From: Synechococcales cyanobacterium OTE_70_metabat_200
GTDB lineage: Bacteria > Cyanobacteriota > Cyanobacteriia > Cyanobacteriales > Chamaesiphonaceae
Reading direction: 5' to 3'
DNA: 64,000 nucleotides
Assembly (NCBI GenBank): GCA_031375385.1
Contig: JANMHS010000012.1
Coordinates: forward strand, 1,691-65,690
Shown: in pieces, positions 43,132 to 52,764 of the stretch
How the letters are laid out: each line of letters starts with the position of its first letter
Position numbering within the stretch: the first letter of the stretch is position 1
Position numbers and translations under genes: made by a program
Notes under the pieces: generated by a model
Told to the model about the DNA's origin: nothing
The model's input: the letters and a program-made list of their open reading frames with translations, nothing else
The model's database searches: none

Positions 43132-44711
43132 ATTCTTGGGAAACTTGTGTAGCTACGGCCCTGATAGGGGTGAATCGACAATTGCCGAATATTAATCCGC
43201 CCCATCCAGCGACCGAGAGCTACCATGCACAGCTGCAGGCTCAGCCACCGGGCACCCAGTTGTTATCGATCGCCAGCCTATTATCGGCCTATCAAAAAGC
43301 CGGTCACCAGCTCGCGACCGGTCAATCTCAACTGGCCCCGGCGGCTCCCCAAGATCTACCGCCCTGCGAGGATCGGGCTGCTGATTACTGTCAAGCAGTA
43401 TTGGTGGAGCGAGGGACTACCCAGAGCCGTCAACTGTTGCCGGAATTGCTGGAATTACTGGGCCAGGCCAATCGATCGGTTCCCTACCAACTATTGCCTG
43501 CGCTGCTGGACTGGGGGCACAGCGAACCCGTTTTGCGATCGGCGATCCTGCCAATCTTGGGCAATCGTGGTCGGTGGCTGGCCGACCAAAATCCTCGCTG
43601 GGCCTATGGGCGGGCGGCAGGGGACATGCCCAACGATCTGGCCGCCCGTCAGGAGCAATGGGAGAATGGCCATCTCAACGAGCGGCTGGCAGCCCTCCAA
43701 GCTTGGCGAAGAGAGCAGCCCAATGAGGCTCGGCAAGCTCTGGGTCAGTGTTGGAATCAAGAAAAGGCTGGCGATCGCCAGAGCTATTTAGCAGTGCTAG
43801 AGATCGGATTGAGCCAAGAGGACGAGGAATTTCTGGAAAAGGCTTTGTCCGATCGGGCCGTTGGGGTACGTCAGAAGGCGGCCAGTCTGTTGGGCCAGTT
43901 TCCCAGCCGCTACCGCCGCCGGATCGGTCAAATTGCGGTGCAGTGGCTGCATATTGAGGCTGGAGAACAGGGTTGTCGGGCGCAGGTAACCCTGCCGAAG
44001 ACGGTGCAGCCCGAATGGCTGGAAGAGGGCTTGAGCGATCAACCGCCCCAGGATAGTTTGTTGGTGACCGATGTGCCTAGCTGGCTGTTGTTGCAGGTTC
44101 TGATTTCGACGGATTTATATCGGTGGGGAACAGATTTGGATGTGACCCCAGAATCGTTGATTCGGGCAGTGTTGAATCTGCGCCATCACAATGTACTGAT
44201 TCTGAGCGGTTGGGTAACGGCGGCGATTCAGCAGCAGCGCTTGGATTGGATGCGGGCTTTGCTGGATGCGGGGGGGAATTTGTTGCCGGAGGCAGATCTG
44301 TTGAAGTTGTTGGCAGCTTTGCCGAATAATAAGGAACGAGAGCATTATTTGCTGCGTTTATTGAGGGTCGATCGACCCTCGGCGGAAGTGGAGCGATCGA
44401 TATTGCTCTTGCTAATTAATTTTTCAATGGTCTGGAGTGAGGAGCTGAGCCAAGTTGTCGTTCAGAAAATCGGTGGCTATCTACGGCGCGGTGGCGACCG
44501 TTGGCAGGCCGGAGATGAAGACTATCACCGGCTATGCTTAGAAGCGGGCTACCAACTCCATCAAAACCTATTACCGGCGATGGTAGAACTGCGTGCCCAC
44601 TTCCAAGAAACCAAAATTCGCCATCAGCAGCCCCTGGATAAATGCATCGAAATTCTGGAATTCTGTAGTGCAATGCGGCTAGCCTTCCTCGATGCCCTGC
44701 CTAGCTGCTAG
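43128..44711 (+). CDS. DUF5691-like protein (usual partner of the SWIM protein)
   Basis: 527 aa helical/HEAT-like protein (..ERLAALQAWRREQPNEARQAL..AVGVRQKAASLL..). The family call comes from recollection of the SWIM-DUF5691 gene pair. Confidence 0.55.
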   Translation: MNSWETCVATALIGVNRQLPNINPPHPATESYHAQLQAQPPGTQLLSIASLLSAYQKAGHQLATGQSQLAPAAPQDLPPCEDRAADYCQAVLVERGTTQSRQLLPELLELLGQANRSVPYQLLPALLDWGHSEPVLRSAILPILGNRGRWLADQNPRWAYGRAAGDMPNDLAARQEQWENGHLNERLAALQAWRREQPNEARQALGQCWNQEKAGDRQSYLAVLEIGLSQEDEEFLEKALSDRAVGVRQKAASLLGQFPSRYRRRIGQIAVQWLHIEAGEQGCRAQVTLPKTVQPEWLEEGLSDQPPQDSLLVTDVPSWLLLQVLISTDLYRWGTDLDVTPESLIRAVLNLRHHNVLILSGWVTAAIQQQRLDWMRALLDAGGNLLPEADLLKLLAALPNNKEREHYLLRLLRVDRPSAEVERSILLLLINFSMVWSEELSQVVVQKIGGYLRRGGDRWQAGDEDYHRLCLEAGYQLHQNLLPAMVELRAHFQETKIRHQQPLDKCIEILEFCSAMRLAFLDALPSC

Positions 44712-45745
44712 CAATTTCTGGCCGCAGTCCACCGCCATTTTTGGAGATTAGTCCGGCGGCTAATAATATTACGAATAATGTTCACCCGCCGATAGCCATT
44801 GAGCTGAGGTGTATAGCGATCGACCACATCATAATTAATTTTCAACGACTCTTGGCGGTGTTGTTGCAAAAAACAATGCTCATTGCTATCTATTAAAAAA
44901 GTTTTTTCGCCCCCGGCTGTGCGGATCTTTGCATAGAAGTAATCACCTTCTACTAAGCCAATAAATCTACCGGTGATAGCCTGTGAGGCAAAAACTTGGT
45001 CGGGAAATATCTGGGTACTTTGCGCAAGTGGGCTGGGTGGCGAATCACTTAGAAATTCCTGTAATACCTTGTCATCATAAGTATAGTAAATTCGATTGTA
45101 CTGATACTTCTTTGCTGGCAATTCAAAGCCGGGAGGTGATTCGCGGTATAGGTCACGATTGAAGCGAAAAGTGGTTTTATTGCCTTCTTGGGCAACCAAT
45201 ACATGGGGCAAGATACTTTGTTTTACCAGATTTACTGGTAAATGGCCCACGGCTTTCATCATGTTTTGCCGAAAGGAAAAAACCTGAACCCCAGCAAAAT
45301 CATCGAAGTTTTCCTCAGCCAGAATCATTAGTGAACCTTGCTGGGGATGTCGATAAAATTTGGGCTTTATCCCCCAAATCTCCATGCTGCCAGTGGATTT
45401 AAAGCGAACCCCCGACACCCCATTGTTGGTTTCGATTAAAAATAATCGCAAGCCATAGGCAGCAGAAGTGGTCTCTTTGCCGATCGCCACACACAGAGTT
45501 TTGGCGACTACGGCACAATTATGGGCGTTATCAATATTGCGCTGATCATCCATCAGGGCATTCTCGATATTGAGTTGTGCTAAATTGACTTTGATGCGAA
45601 CTGGCTTAATTTCTTGGTAAGCGATCCCGTAGGACGGGTACTCCCGTATCGGCTGCACCTCGGCCAACACCGGTGGCATCGCCAAGTATCCAAATAGAAC
45701 GATGCACCAGCTCCCGGATTGTCCCACTAGAGTCTTGAACTTCAT
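44708..45745 (-). CDS. Secreted hypothetical protein
   Basis: A signal peptide begins at MKFKTLVGQSGSWCIVLFGYLAMPPVLA. No family was recognised. Its stop shares the CTAG tetranucleotide (44708..44711) with the convergent gene's stop. Confidence 0.55.
   Translation of the reverse strand: MKFKTLVGQSGSWCIVLFGYLAMPPVLAEVQPIREYPSYGIAYQEIKPVRIKVNLAQLNIENALMDDQRNIDNAHNCAVVAKTLCVAIGKETTSAAYGLRLFLIETNNGVSGVRFKSTGSMEIWGIKPKFYRHPQQGSLMILAEENFDDFAGVQVFSFRQNMMKAVGHLPVNLVKQSILPHVLVAQEGNKTTFRFNRDLYRESPPGFELPAKKYQYNRIYYTYDDKVLQEFLSDSPPSPLAQSTQIFPDQVFASQAITGRFIGLVEGDYFYAKIRTAGGEKTFLIDSNEHCFLQQHRQESLKINYDVVDRYTPQLNGYRRVNIIRNIISRRTNLQKWRWTAARNC
45623..45651 (-). repeat. 29-bp dispersed intragenic element, copy 3
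   Basis: The reverse complement reads CGATACGGGAGTACCCGTCCTACGGGATC. It is translated as PIREYPSYG just after the predicted signal peptide. Confidence 0.8.
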
Positions 45746-45812
45746 AATTGGTCGGAAATATTTTAGCGCTATGATAGCATCACGCACCAAACTTGCCAGA
45801 CATAGTTTTCAT

Positions 45813-46472
45813 TCAACTATCACCGCCAACTTTTGCACTGGCCGGATCATCGAACAGGATCCGGCGTAAACCTTGGGCCAACTCCGTCACCCCATCCCAA
45901 TTACTGCGTCGCACCAGCTCTAGTGGAAACAGCGAGCTGCCCAGACCCACCCCGATCGCCCCAGCAGCCAGAAACCCCCGCGCATTCTCCAAGCTCACCC
46001 CCCCAGTAGGAATCAACGGAATCCCCGCCAGCGGCTCCCGCAGCGCCTGGAGGTAAGCTACCCCCCCTACACAATTCACCGGAAACACCTTCACACTCGC
46101 CGCCCCCGCCTGCCAAGCAGCCACAATTTCCGTCGGCGACAAAGCCCCCGGAATCATCGGCAGATCGATCGCCCGCGACCGTGCCAACAAATCCTGATCC
46201 AAATGGGGACTAAACATAAACTGCGCACCACTGCTAGCCGCCGCCTGCCAATCGGCCAAAGTCAAAATTGTCCCCGTCCCGATCGCACAGTTCGGCAACT
46301 CCCCTCGCAGCCGCTCGATCAACTCCCAAGCCCGCTCCGTATCTGCCGTAATCTCAATTAACCCCATACCCCCCGCCGCCACCGCCCGCGCCATCCCATA
46401 GCCCTGGGCAAAAGTATGGCCCCGCACCACCGCGATCGCCCGTTCCGCCCTAATCCGCTCCAACCAATTCAC
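45813..46472 (-). CDS. eda: KDPG/KHG aldolase
   Basis: 219 aa: AIAVVRG..G...[13 protein letters not shown]...IGTGTILT...[10 protein letters not shown]...[23 protein letters not shown]...IPTGGVS. This is the class I Eda pattern. Confidence 0.88.
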   Translation of the reverse strand: MNWLERIRAERAIAVVRGHTFAQGYGMARAVAAGGMGLIEITADTERAWELIERLRGELPNCAIGTGTILTLADWQAAASSGAQFMFSPHLDQDLLARSRAIDLPMIPGALSPTEIVAAWQAGAASVKVFPVNCVGGVAYLQALREPLAGIPLIPTGGVSLENARGFLAAGAIGVGLGSSLFPLELVRRSNWDGVTELAQGLRRILFDDPASAKVGGDS

Positions 46473-47242
46473 GAGGGAAACCTGCCTGTCCTTACTTCCT
46501 GCTGGTATTCATGCACCGCATTGGTGATAATCGATCGCAGATCCACATAAGTTTTGGCAAAGGGTGGTCGCCGTTCCGTCAAACCCAACAGATCCGCCGT
46601 CACCAGCACCTGACCGTCGCAGTGGACTCCAGCCCCAATCCCGATCGTCGGAATCTTCAGCTGCCCAGTGATTTCCTGGGCCAGATCGGCCGGGATATGT
46701 TCCAGCACGATCGCAAAAGCCCCAGCTCCCTCCAGTGCCAAAGCTTCGTCTAAAATGCGCTCTCGATCGGCCACTTCCTTTCCCTGTTGCCGAAAGCCCA
46801 ATTGTTTGACGGACTGGGGTGTCAGACCCACATGACCCATCACCGGAATCCCCATTTCCACCAACCGCGCCACGGTCTTGACCATGCGCGGATAGCCACC
46901 TTCCAGCTTGACCGCCGCAGCTCCCGTCTCTTGGATCACCCGGCCAGCAGAGGCGATCGCCGTGGCTATACTCGGTTGGTAACTCAAAAAAGGTAAATCT
47001 ACCACTAACAGGGCATTCTTGACTCCACGCTGCACCGATTGGGCGTGGTGAATTGTGGCATCCAATGTCAACGGCAGAGTGCTGTCATAGCCGAGGGCCA
47101 CCATCGCTAAGGAATCGCCGACTAGGATGATATCGACTCCGGCTTGGTCTAAGAGTTGGGCGATCGGATAGTCCCAAGCCGTAAGAACGGTGATCGGTTG
47201 TTTGGATTGCTTATATTGCTGGAGTTGGCGCAGGTTGGGCAT
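46469..47242 (-). CDS. panB: 3-methyl-2-oxobutanoate hydroxymethyltransferase
   Basis: 257 aa: [47 protein letters not shown]...V.RG....LVVDLPF.SY...KLEGG...[14 protein letters not shown]. Confidence 0.93.
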   Translation of the reverse strand: MPNLRQLQQYKQSKQPITVLTAWDYPIAQLLDQAGVDIILVGDSLAMVALGYDSTLPLTLDATIHHAQSVQRGVKNALLVVDLPFLSYQPSIATAIASAGRVIQETGAAAVKLEGGYPRMVKTVARLVEMGIPVMGHVGLTPQSVKQLGFRQQGKEVADRERILDEALALEGAGAFAIVLEHIPADLAQEITGQLKIPTIGIGAGVHCDGQVLVTADLLGLTERRPPFAKTYVDLRSIITNAVHEYQQEVRTGRFPS

Positions 47243-47306
47243 TGGGTAGCTGGGAGTTCGAGCAGTTGCAGTGGAATTCCATCTTATTCCAACGCTAGCA
47301 TAGCTG

Positions 47307-48452
47307 CTACTGACGCACCGTCGTCAATCCTTCCTTGGCAGCCCAGAGGCTGAGGTCTTGGCGGCTGAGGGCAGCGGCCATCAGATCGGGGAAGCGATCG
47401 GGTGTACAGGCAAAGGCCGGACTGCCGAGCGCAGCAAAGAAGCTGGCGTTTTCGCGATCGAAGCAGGGCGCGCCATCGTCATTCAGGGCTAACAAAGTAA
47501 TTAGCTGGACACCGGAAGCTGCGATCGCGGCGGCGCGTTTGCGCATTTCCGCTTGATTGCCACCTTCATAGAGGTCGCTAATGAGCACCATGATCGTTTC
47601 TTGGGGTTGGCGGACTAGACCTTGGCAATAGCTGAGGGCCCGGTGAATATCGGTGCCACCGCCGAGCTGAGTCCCGAAGAGCACATCCACGGGGTCTTGG
47701 AGCATTTCGGTCAGGTCTACTACTGCGGTGTCAAAAACCACCATCTGGGTTTTGACGGCAGGGATGCTAGCCAGCACCGCAGCAAAAATGCTGGCATAGA
47801 TCACCGAGGTAGCCATGGAGCCGCTTTGGTCCACACAGAGGATGATATTTTTGAGGGCCGATCGGCGACGGCCATAGCCAATCCGCGTCTCAGGGATAAT
47901 GGTGCGGTAGGCGGGTTGGTAATGGCGCAAGTTGGCCCGGATGGTGCGGTTCCAGTCGATTTCCGTGTGGCGCGGGCGACGGTTGCGGGTCGATCGATTT
48001 AGGCTGCCGCTCACGGCTTGCTGCATGGGGTTCTGGAGTTTGCGCAGGAGTTCTGCGACCACTTTGCCCACCACCAACCGCGCCGTTTCCTTAGTGATAG
48101 CTGGCATCACGTTACTCAGAGACAGAAGATTGGCCACTAGATGCACGTCGGCTTCCACGGCCTGCAGCATCTCTGGCTCTAGGAGCATCTGTTGTAAATT
48201 CAGGCGCTCTAGGGCATCCTGTTGCATCACCCGCACGACAGAGCTGGGAAAGTAGTTGCGGATATCGCCTAGCCAGCGGGCGATCTTGGGGGCAGAGCGA
48301 GCGAGGTTGCCTTGGCGGTTGCCCTGATCCTGTTCGTAGAGAGCCGCCAGGGCCTGTTCCATCCGCTGCTCATCTGTGGATAGTTCCGCTGTACAGCCGC
48401 TAGCTCCCCCTAAAATTAGTCGCCAGCGTTTTAATCGATCGGTATCGCTCAT
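47307..48452 (-). CDS. VWA-domain protein (CoxE-like; usual member of SWIM/DUF5691/MoxR-type clusters)
   Basis: The MIDAS-type motif is [10 protein letters not shown], with a C-terminal vWA fold. The start is set at [10 protein letters not shown] (48452) because homology with the duplicated fragment at 50956..51083 ends exactly at this ATG. The ORF track start is 48527. Confidence 0.75.
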   Translation of the reverse strand: MSDTDRLKRWRLILGGASGCTAELSTDEQRMEQALAALYEQDQGNRQGNLARSAPKIARWLGDIRNYFPSSVVRVMQQDALERLNLQQMLLEPEMLQAVEADVHLVANLLSLSNVMPAITKETARLVVGKVVAELLRKLQNPMQQAVSGSLNRSTRNRRPRHTEIDWNRTIRANLRHYQPAYRTIIPETRIGYGRRRSALKNIILCVDQSGSMATSVIYASIFAAVLASIPAVKTQMVVFDTAVVDLTEMLQDPVDVLFGTQLGGGTDIHRALSYCQGLVRQPQETIMVLISDLYEGGNQAEMRKRAAAIAASGVQLITLLALNDDGAPCFDRENASFFAALGSPAFACTPDRFPDLMAAALSRQDLSLWAAKEGLTTVRQ

Positions 48453-48650
48453 CAGGAAAGCTCGACAATTTAGAAACTCCATCTCTAATGCCTCCGGCAG
48501 GCTATGCCAACAGAGTGGAGAGGACAAAAAATTTACTAAAAATTATCCCATCCTGGAACCAGATTAACCTGATTCGTGAAACCTTGCACCCCCATCTGAG
48601 CTAGCATGGTTCCAGAATTCCGTTCCTGGCCATTCAGTAGTTCGGTCACC

Positions 48651-50789
48651 ATGCTAGAAAAAACCAACCAAAAACCATTATCTATTTTACTAATCAGTAT
48701 TCACGGACTGATTCGCAGCTATGATCTGGAGTTAGGTCGTGATGCCGATACAGGCGGACAAACCAAATACGTAGTGGAACTGGCTAAAGCTCTCGCCAAA
48801 CAACCAAATGTAGAATGTGTTAATTTAGTCACACGGCAAATCATTGATGATACGGTCAGTCCCGATTACAGGGCTGCAACTGAGGCCCTCAGCGATAATT
48901 CTCAAATAGTACGGATCGCAGCGGGGCCTAATGCTTATATCCCCAAGGAAGAATTATGGGGGCATCTGGATGGTTTTACCGATCGGTTACTTACTTGGTT
49001 ACATACTCAATCTCGCTTACCCGATATTCTGCATAGTCATTATGCAGATGCTGGTTATGTCGGGGTACGCTTGTCCCATTTAACCGGATTACCCCTCGTT
49101 CATACGGGTCATTCGCTCGGACGTGACAAGTTCCGCAGATTGCTGGCTCTGGGGATGGCAATGGAGCAAATTGAGGAACGCTACCATATGCTCCAGCGGA
49201 TTAGTGCCGAAGAAAACACCTTAAGTACAGCTGAGCTGGTAATCACCAGCACTTTCAATGAAATTGAAGATCAATACAAATTATATGACTATTATACGCC
49301 CGAGAAAATGGCAGTCATTCCACCAGGAACCGATTTAGACCAGTTTCATCCACCTGTCGGCGAGGCCGAAGATATCGACTTTCAAGAAACATTGGCCAAG
49401 TTTCTGTTCGACCCGGACAAACCAATTATCTTGGCTTTATCCCGACCAGATGAGCGAAAAAACATTGTGTCACTTCTGGAGGCATATGGCCAATCTTCTC
49501 GATTGCAAAAATTAGCAAATTTAGTGATTATTGCAGGTAATCGCGATGATATTCGCGAACTAAATGAAGGTGCCCAAAGTGTTTTAACTGAACTATTGTT
49601 AGTAATCGATCGCTATGATCTGTATGGGCGGGTGGCACTTCCCAAACATCACAAATCCAGTGAAGTAGCAGATATTTATAGGTTAGCGTCGGCATCCAGA
49701 GGGGTGTTTGTCAATCCGGCTCTGACTGAACCGTTTGGGTTGACTTTGTTAGAAGCCGCAGCAAGTGGATTACCATTGGTAGCGACGGAGAATGGTGGCC
49801 CGGTAGATATTATTGGCAATTGCCAGAATGGTTTATTAATTGATCCATTAGATGAACAGACAATTACAACAGCATTATTAACTATTCTTGAAGATGCGAC
49901 GCTGTGGCAGCAATTCTCAGGAAACGGCTTAACAAATGTTGCTAAGTTCTATTCCTGGGATGCTCATGCTAAATCTTATTTACAAAAAGTCCAGTCCTTG
50001 ATATTACGGCAGATACCATCACCTACGCCAGCAGCATCACCTAAAGCCGGACAATATCGACGACGGGCACTATTTACAGCGCTCGACAATACCCTATTAG
50101 GTGATAATGAGGGCTTGGAGCAGTTTGTGCAAGTTGCCCGTCAAGAGCAGCGCAAGTTCTTGTTTGGTATCGCTACGGGGCGGCGGTTAGATTCAGCCCT
50201 GAAAATCTTCAAACATCATGATATTCCCAACCCAGATGTGCTGATTACTAGCCTAGGTACAGAGATTTATTACCTTCCCGAATTGGGAGCCGATGTTGCT
50301 TGGAAAAATCATATTGATCGAGGCTGGACTCCGAAAGTTTTGCACCGGATTATTGACCCGCTGCCTGGTTTGAAACTGCAACCGAAGAGAGAACAAAGTC
50401 AGTTTAAAATTTCTTATTATTACGATGCCAATGTCGCACCCTCCTTAGAAGAAATTTTGACTATCTTGCGGCAACAGGAAATATCAGTCAACACTACTCT
50501 CTCCTTCGGTCAATATCTCGACTTTGTGCCTTCTAGAGCATCCAAAGGTCTGGCCTTACGCTATGTTGCTAGACAGTGGAACATTCCTTTAGAGCGGTTG
50601 TTAGTAAATGGTGGTTCTGGTGGAGATGAAGACATGCTCAGAGGTGACACCCTTGGTGTGGTCGTGGCAAATCGCCATCACGAAGAATTATCGATGTTGA
50701 CTGATACGGAGCGGGTTTATTTCGCAGAAGGTGCCCACGCTTGGGGCATCTTAGAAGCGATCAAACACTATGATTTTTTTAATTTATGA
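48651..50789 (+). CDS. sps: Sucrose-phosphate synthase (GT-B glycosyltransferase domain plus SPP-like HAD domain)
   Basis: The N-terminal part reads LLISIHGLIRSYDLELGRDADTGGQTKYVVELAKAL...GHSLGR...EPFGLTLLEAAASGLPLVATENGGPVDI. The C-terminal HAD-IIB-like domain reads ALFTALDNTLLG...GGSGGDEDM. An alternative ATG lies at 48606. Confidence 0.9.
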   Translation: MLEKTNQKPLSILLISIHGLIRSYDLELGRDADTGGQTKYVVELAKALAKQPNVECVNLVTRQIIDDTVSPDYRAATEALSDNSQIVRIAAGPNAYIPKEELWGHLDGFTDRLLTWLHTQSRLPDILHSHYADAGYVGVRLSHLTGLPLVHTGHSLGRDKFRRLLALGMAMEQIEERYHMLQRISAEENTLSTAELVITSTFNEIEDQYKLYDYYTPEKMAVIPPGTDLDQFHPPVGEAEDIDFQETLAKFLFDPDKPIILALSRPDERKNIVSLLEAYGQSSRLQKLANLVIIAGNRDDIRELNEGAQSVLTELLLVIDRYDLYGRVALPKHHKSSEVADIYRLASASRGVFVNPALTEPFGLTLLEAAASGLPLVATENGGPVDIIGNCQNGLLIDPLDEQTITTALLTILEDATLWQQFSGNGLTNVAKFYSWDAHAKSYLQKVQSLILRQIPSPTPAASPKAGQYRRRALFTALDNTLLGDNEGLEQFVQVARQEQRKFLFGIATGRRLDSALKIFKHHDIPNPDVLITSLGTEIYYLPELGADVAWKNHIDRGWTPKVLHRIIDPLPGLKLQPKREQSQFKISYYYDANVAPSLEEILTILRQQEISVNTTLSFGQYLDFVPSRASKGLALRYVARQWNIPLERLLVNGGSGGDEDMLRGDTLGVVVANRHHEELSMLTDTERVYFAEGAHAWGILEAIKHYDFFNL

Positions 50790-50842
50790 TTCAAAAATTC
50801 ATAGCTGGCAAAGTTAGTACACCTAGGAGCATGACAAATCCA

Positions 50843-50910
50843 TTAAGATTCCGGACTAGTCGCAGGGCCTGTTGCATTAGGCTGGGTCTTCGCTTCCGCA
50901 ACAGGGCCTT
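50843..50910 (-). pseudogene. Fragment homologous to the 3-prime end of the 529 aa membrane-protein gene (53776..)
   Basis: It encodes ...GPVAEAKTQPNATGPATSPES*, compared with the real C-terminus ...PVAEAESRLSEQTKPNVSGPATSPEA*. The shared DNA is TTCCGGACTAGTCGC.GGGCCTG...CATTAGGCT.GGTCT. Confidence 0.75.
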
Positions 50911-50955
50911 TGGATATGTCAAAAACTACCATGACCGCAGGGATGGCGATCACCA

Positions 50956-51083
50956 TGATCCTGTTCGTAGAGGACCGCCAGGGCTTGTTCCATCCGCTGC
51001 TCGTCCGTGGATAGTTCCGCTGTACAGCCACTAGCTCCTCCTAAAATTAGTCGCCAGCGTTTTAGGCGATCAGTATCGCTCAT
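50956..51083 (-). pseudogene. Fragment homologous to the first 43 codons of the VWA gene (48325..48452)
   Basis: My base-by-base alignment gives 118/128 identical. It encodes [42 protein letters not shown], compared with ...ALAALYEQD in the intact gene. Homology stops at the ATG. Confidence 0.85.
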
Positions 51084-51144
51084 CTCAGATCCACCCCAAA
51101 AGCCCTCCGATTCCAGGTCTTTTCGGAAAGCCTTGGGCGACACG

Positions 51145-51175
51145 GCTGACAAAATTCACTTTTGTCAGCTTCTTT
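51145..51175 (+). terminator. Hairpin with T-rich tail
   Basis: GCTGACAAAA-TTCAC-TTTTGTCAGC forms a perfect 10-bp stem, followed by TTCTTT. Confidence 0.4.
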
Positions 51176-51337
51176 CCACTGAATTGAGATTGCAGTCTTA
51201 CACCCCGCCTTACCCTCAGCGTAGAGCCTCGAACACGAGTTTAAAGATCTAATGGTACAATAGGAGATATCGGCAGAGCTTCTCAATACGAGGATTGATC
51301 TCAGCCACCTTGGAATCTCCAGATCGTTGAAAATACT

Positions 51338-52759
51338 ATGCGCTTACAAAGAGTTCAAGTCCCTAACTTCCGAGTCCTCAAAGACATTGATATCACCTTT
51401 GAGCAGCATCGCATTCCGCAGATTTTTCCGTTAGCTAGCCAGAATGGTGGTGGCAAAAGCACTCTATTACAACTGATTTTCGCACTATTGGCTGATGGTG
51501 GTGATAAAGCTGGACTTATTGAGAATCTCTTGCTCAACTCCGAAAGAAAGATTTTCATTAATAGCTCTAAGTTGTCAACTATCGAATTAGTAGACAACGG
51601 AAATCTCGTCAAGCTCGATTTTGAATTCTACGACAACATCACTCTCCATGATAACTTTTTAGTTGAATTAAATAAAAATGCAGAAGCGAGTCAAATAAAC
51701 AAACTCAGAGAAAATGGAATCAATAGATATAGTAATATAGTTGATTCACTAGTAAATGACACTCTAAGATTAGAAAAAGAGATAGAAGATCACAAGCAGA
51801 GACTAGAATCAGAACAGAGGACTAATCCGTTAGCACCCAATATGCCACGAGGAGTCCTCCAGGATATCCTCAATAATCAATCACCAGGACAGCTAATAGA
51901 ATCAATCAAACAACGTATCAACAGTTTCCAGGCAAAGCTGCAAAGTCTACAAAGAGAAATTGAGTTGTCTCGTGACCTTTTGAGCAAAGCAAAGACAATG
52001 CTTTTGTCTCAAGGTATCCATATCATCTATTCTAAAGATGGCATGAACTTGGTCTGCAAAAGCACCAGCCACAATCAGGATTGCGATCTTATTGATTCCC
52101 TAAAGAAGACTTCGGAGCATGTATTCATGGCTGCGCCTAGTAGTCAAGTTTTCTTGTTCCTCCCTCCAGAAGATTTGGCTTTACTATTCAAAGGAACAAA
52201 CGAATATTACAATGCTCTAACAAAAAAGCAAGAAGCCATTAAGAATTTATTTCTATATGAATTCTCGATGGTAAAAGTTTTGACTGATGCTTTCGGCAAG
52301 GCATTCGAGAATGATAGAGCACAAGCCATTAAGAGTGGCGGAACCTATGGTACTGAATTCGCATCACTCCTTGATGACCTAAAGAATTTTTTCCATGGAA
52401 AAACCATTCAGCCATCTGAGGATTTATCTCGAATAATTATTGGGCAACGAGATAGCAATGACCAGGAGGTAGAACTTAATCCAATTGACTTGAGTCATGG
52501 GGAGCTGAGACGACTAGCTTTCTATGCATGGCTAAAAACCAACAAGATCAAAAATTCTATTGTATTGATAGATGAAATAGAAATTGGGATGCATCCTGAT
52601 TGGCAATATCAAATTGTTCGAGATCTCGAAACTTGGGAGCCAAGTAATCAATATATTCTGGCGACCCATTCCTATGAAGTTTGCAGTGCCCTTAGCCCTG
52701 CCCATGTCAAAGAAATTGAACCGAAGCTATTGAAACCTGAGCTTCAGAAGGCTCAATAG
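51338..52759 (+). CDS. ABC-type ATPase with coiled-coil insertion, AriA (PARIS)-like
   Basis: 473 aa: LQRVQVPNFRVLKDIDITF, Walker A SQNGGGKSTLL, a central heptad-rich region of about 120 aa (..RLEKEIEDHKQRLESEQ..QAKLQSLQREIELSRDLL..), the signature-like LSHGELRRLAFYAWL, Walker B IVLIDEIEIGMHPDWQ and the H-loop LATHSYEV. Confidence 0.7.
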   Translation: MRLQRVQVPNFRVLKDIDITFEQHRIPQIFPLASQNGGGKSTLLQLIFALLADGGDKAGLIENLLLNSERKIFINSSKLSTIELVDNGNLVKLDFEFYDNITLHDNFLVELNKNAEASQINKLRENGINRYSNIVDSLVNDTLRLEKEIEDHKQRLESEQRTNPLAPNMPRGVLQDILNNQSPGQLIESIKQRINSFQAKLQSLQREIELSRDLLSKAKTMLLSQGIHIIYSKDGMNLVCKSTSHNQDCDLIDSLKKTSEHVFMAAPSSQVFLFLPPEDLALLFKGTNEYYNALTKKQEAIKNLFLYEFSMVKVLTDAFGKAFENDRAQAIKSGGTYGTEFASLLDDLKNFFHGKTIQPSEDLSRIIIGQRDSNDQEVELNPIDLSHGELRRLAFYAWLKTNKIKNSIVLIDEIEIGMHPDWQYQIVRDLETWEPSNQYILATHSYEVCSALSPAHVKEIEPKLLKPELQKAQ

Positions 52760-52764
52760 CGATC

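Noticed and set aside
48453-48527. 25-codon N-terminal extension of the VWA gene (MSSPLCWHSLPEALEMEFLNCRAFL)
   Set aside because: Conservation with the diverged duplicate stops precisely at the ATG at 48452, which argues that Met is the true start.
50919-51152. 77 aa ORF as a real small gene
   Set aside because: It is the VWA 5-prime fragment fused to unrelated sequence, a remnant created by the rearrangement and not an independent gene.
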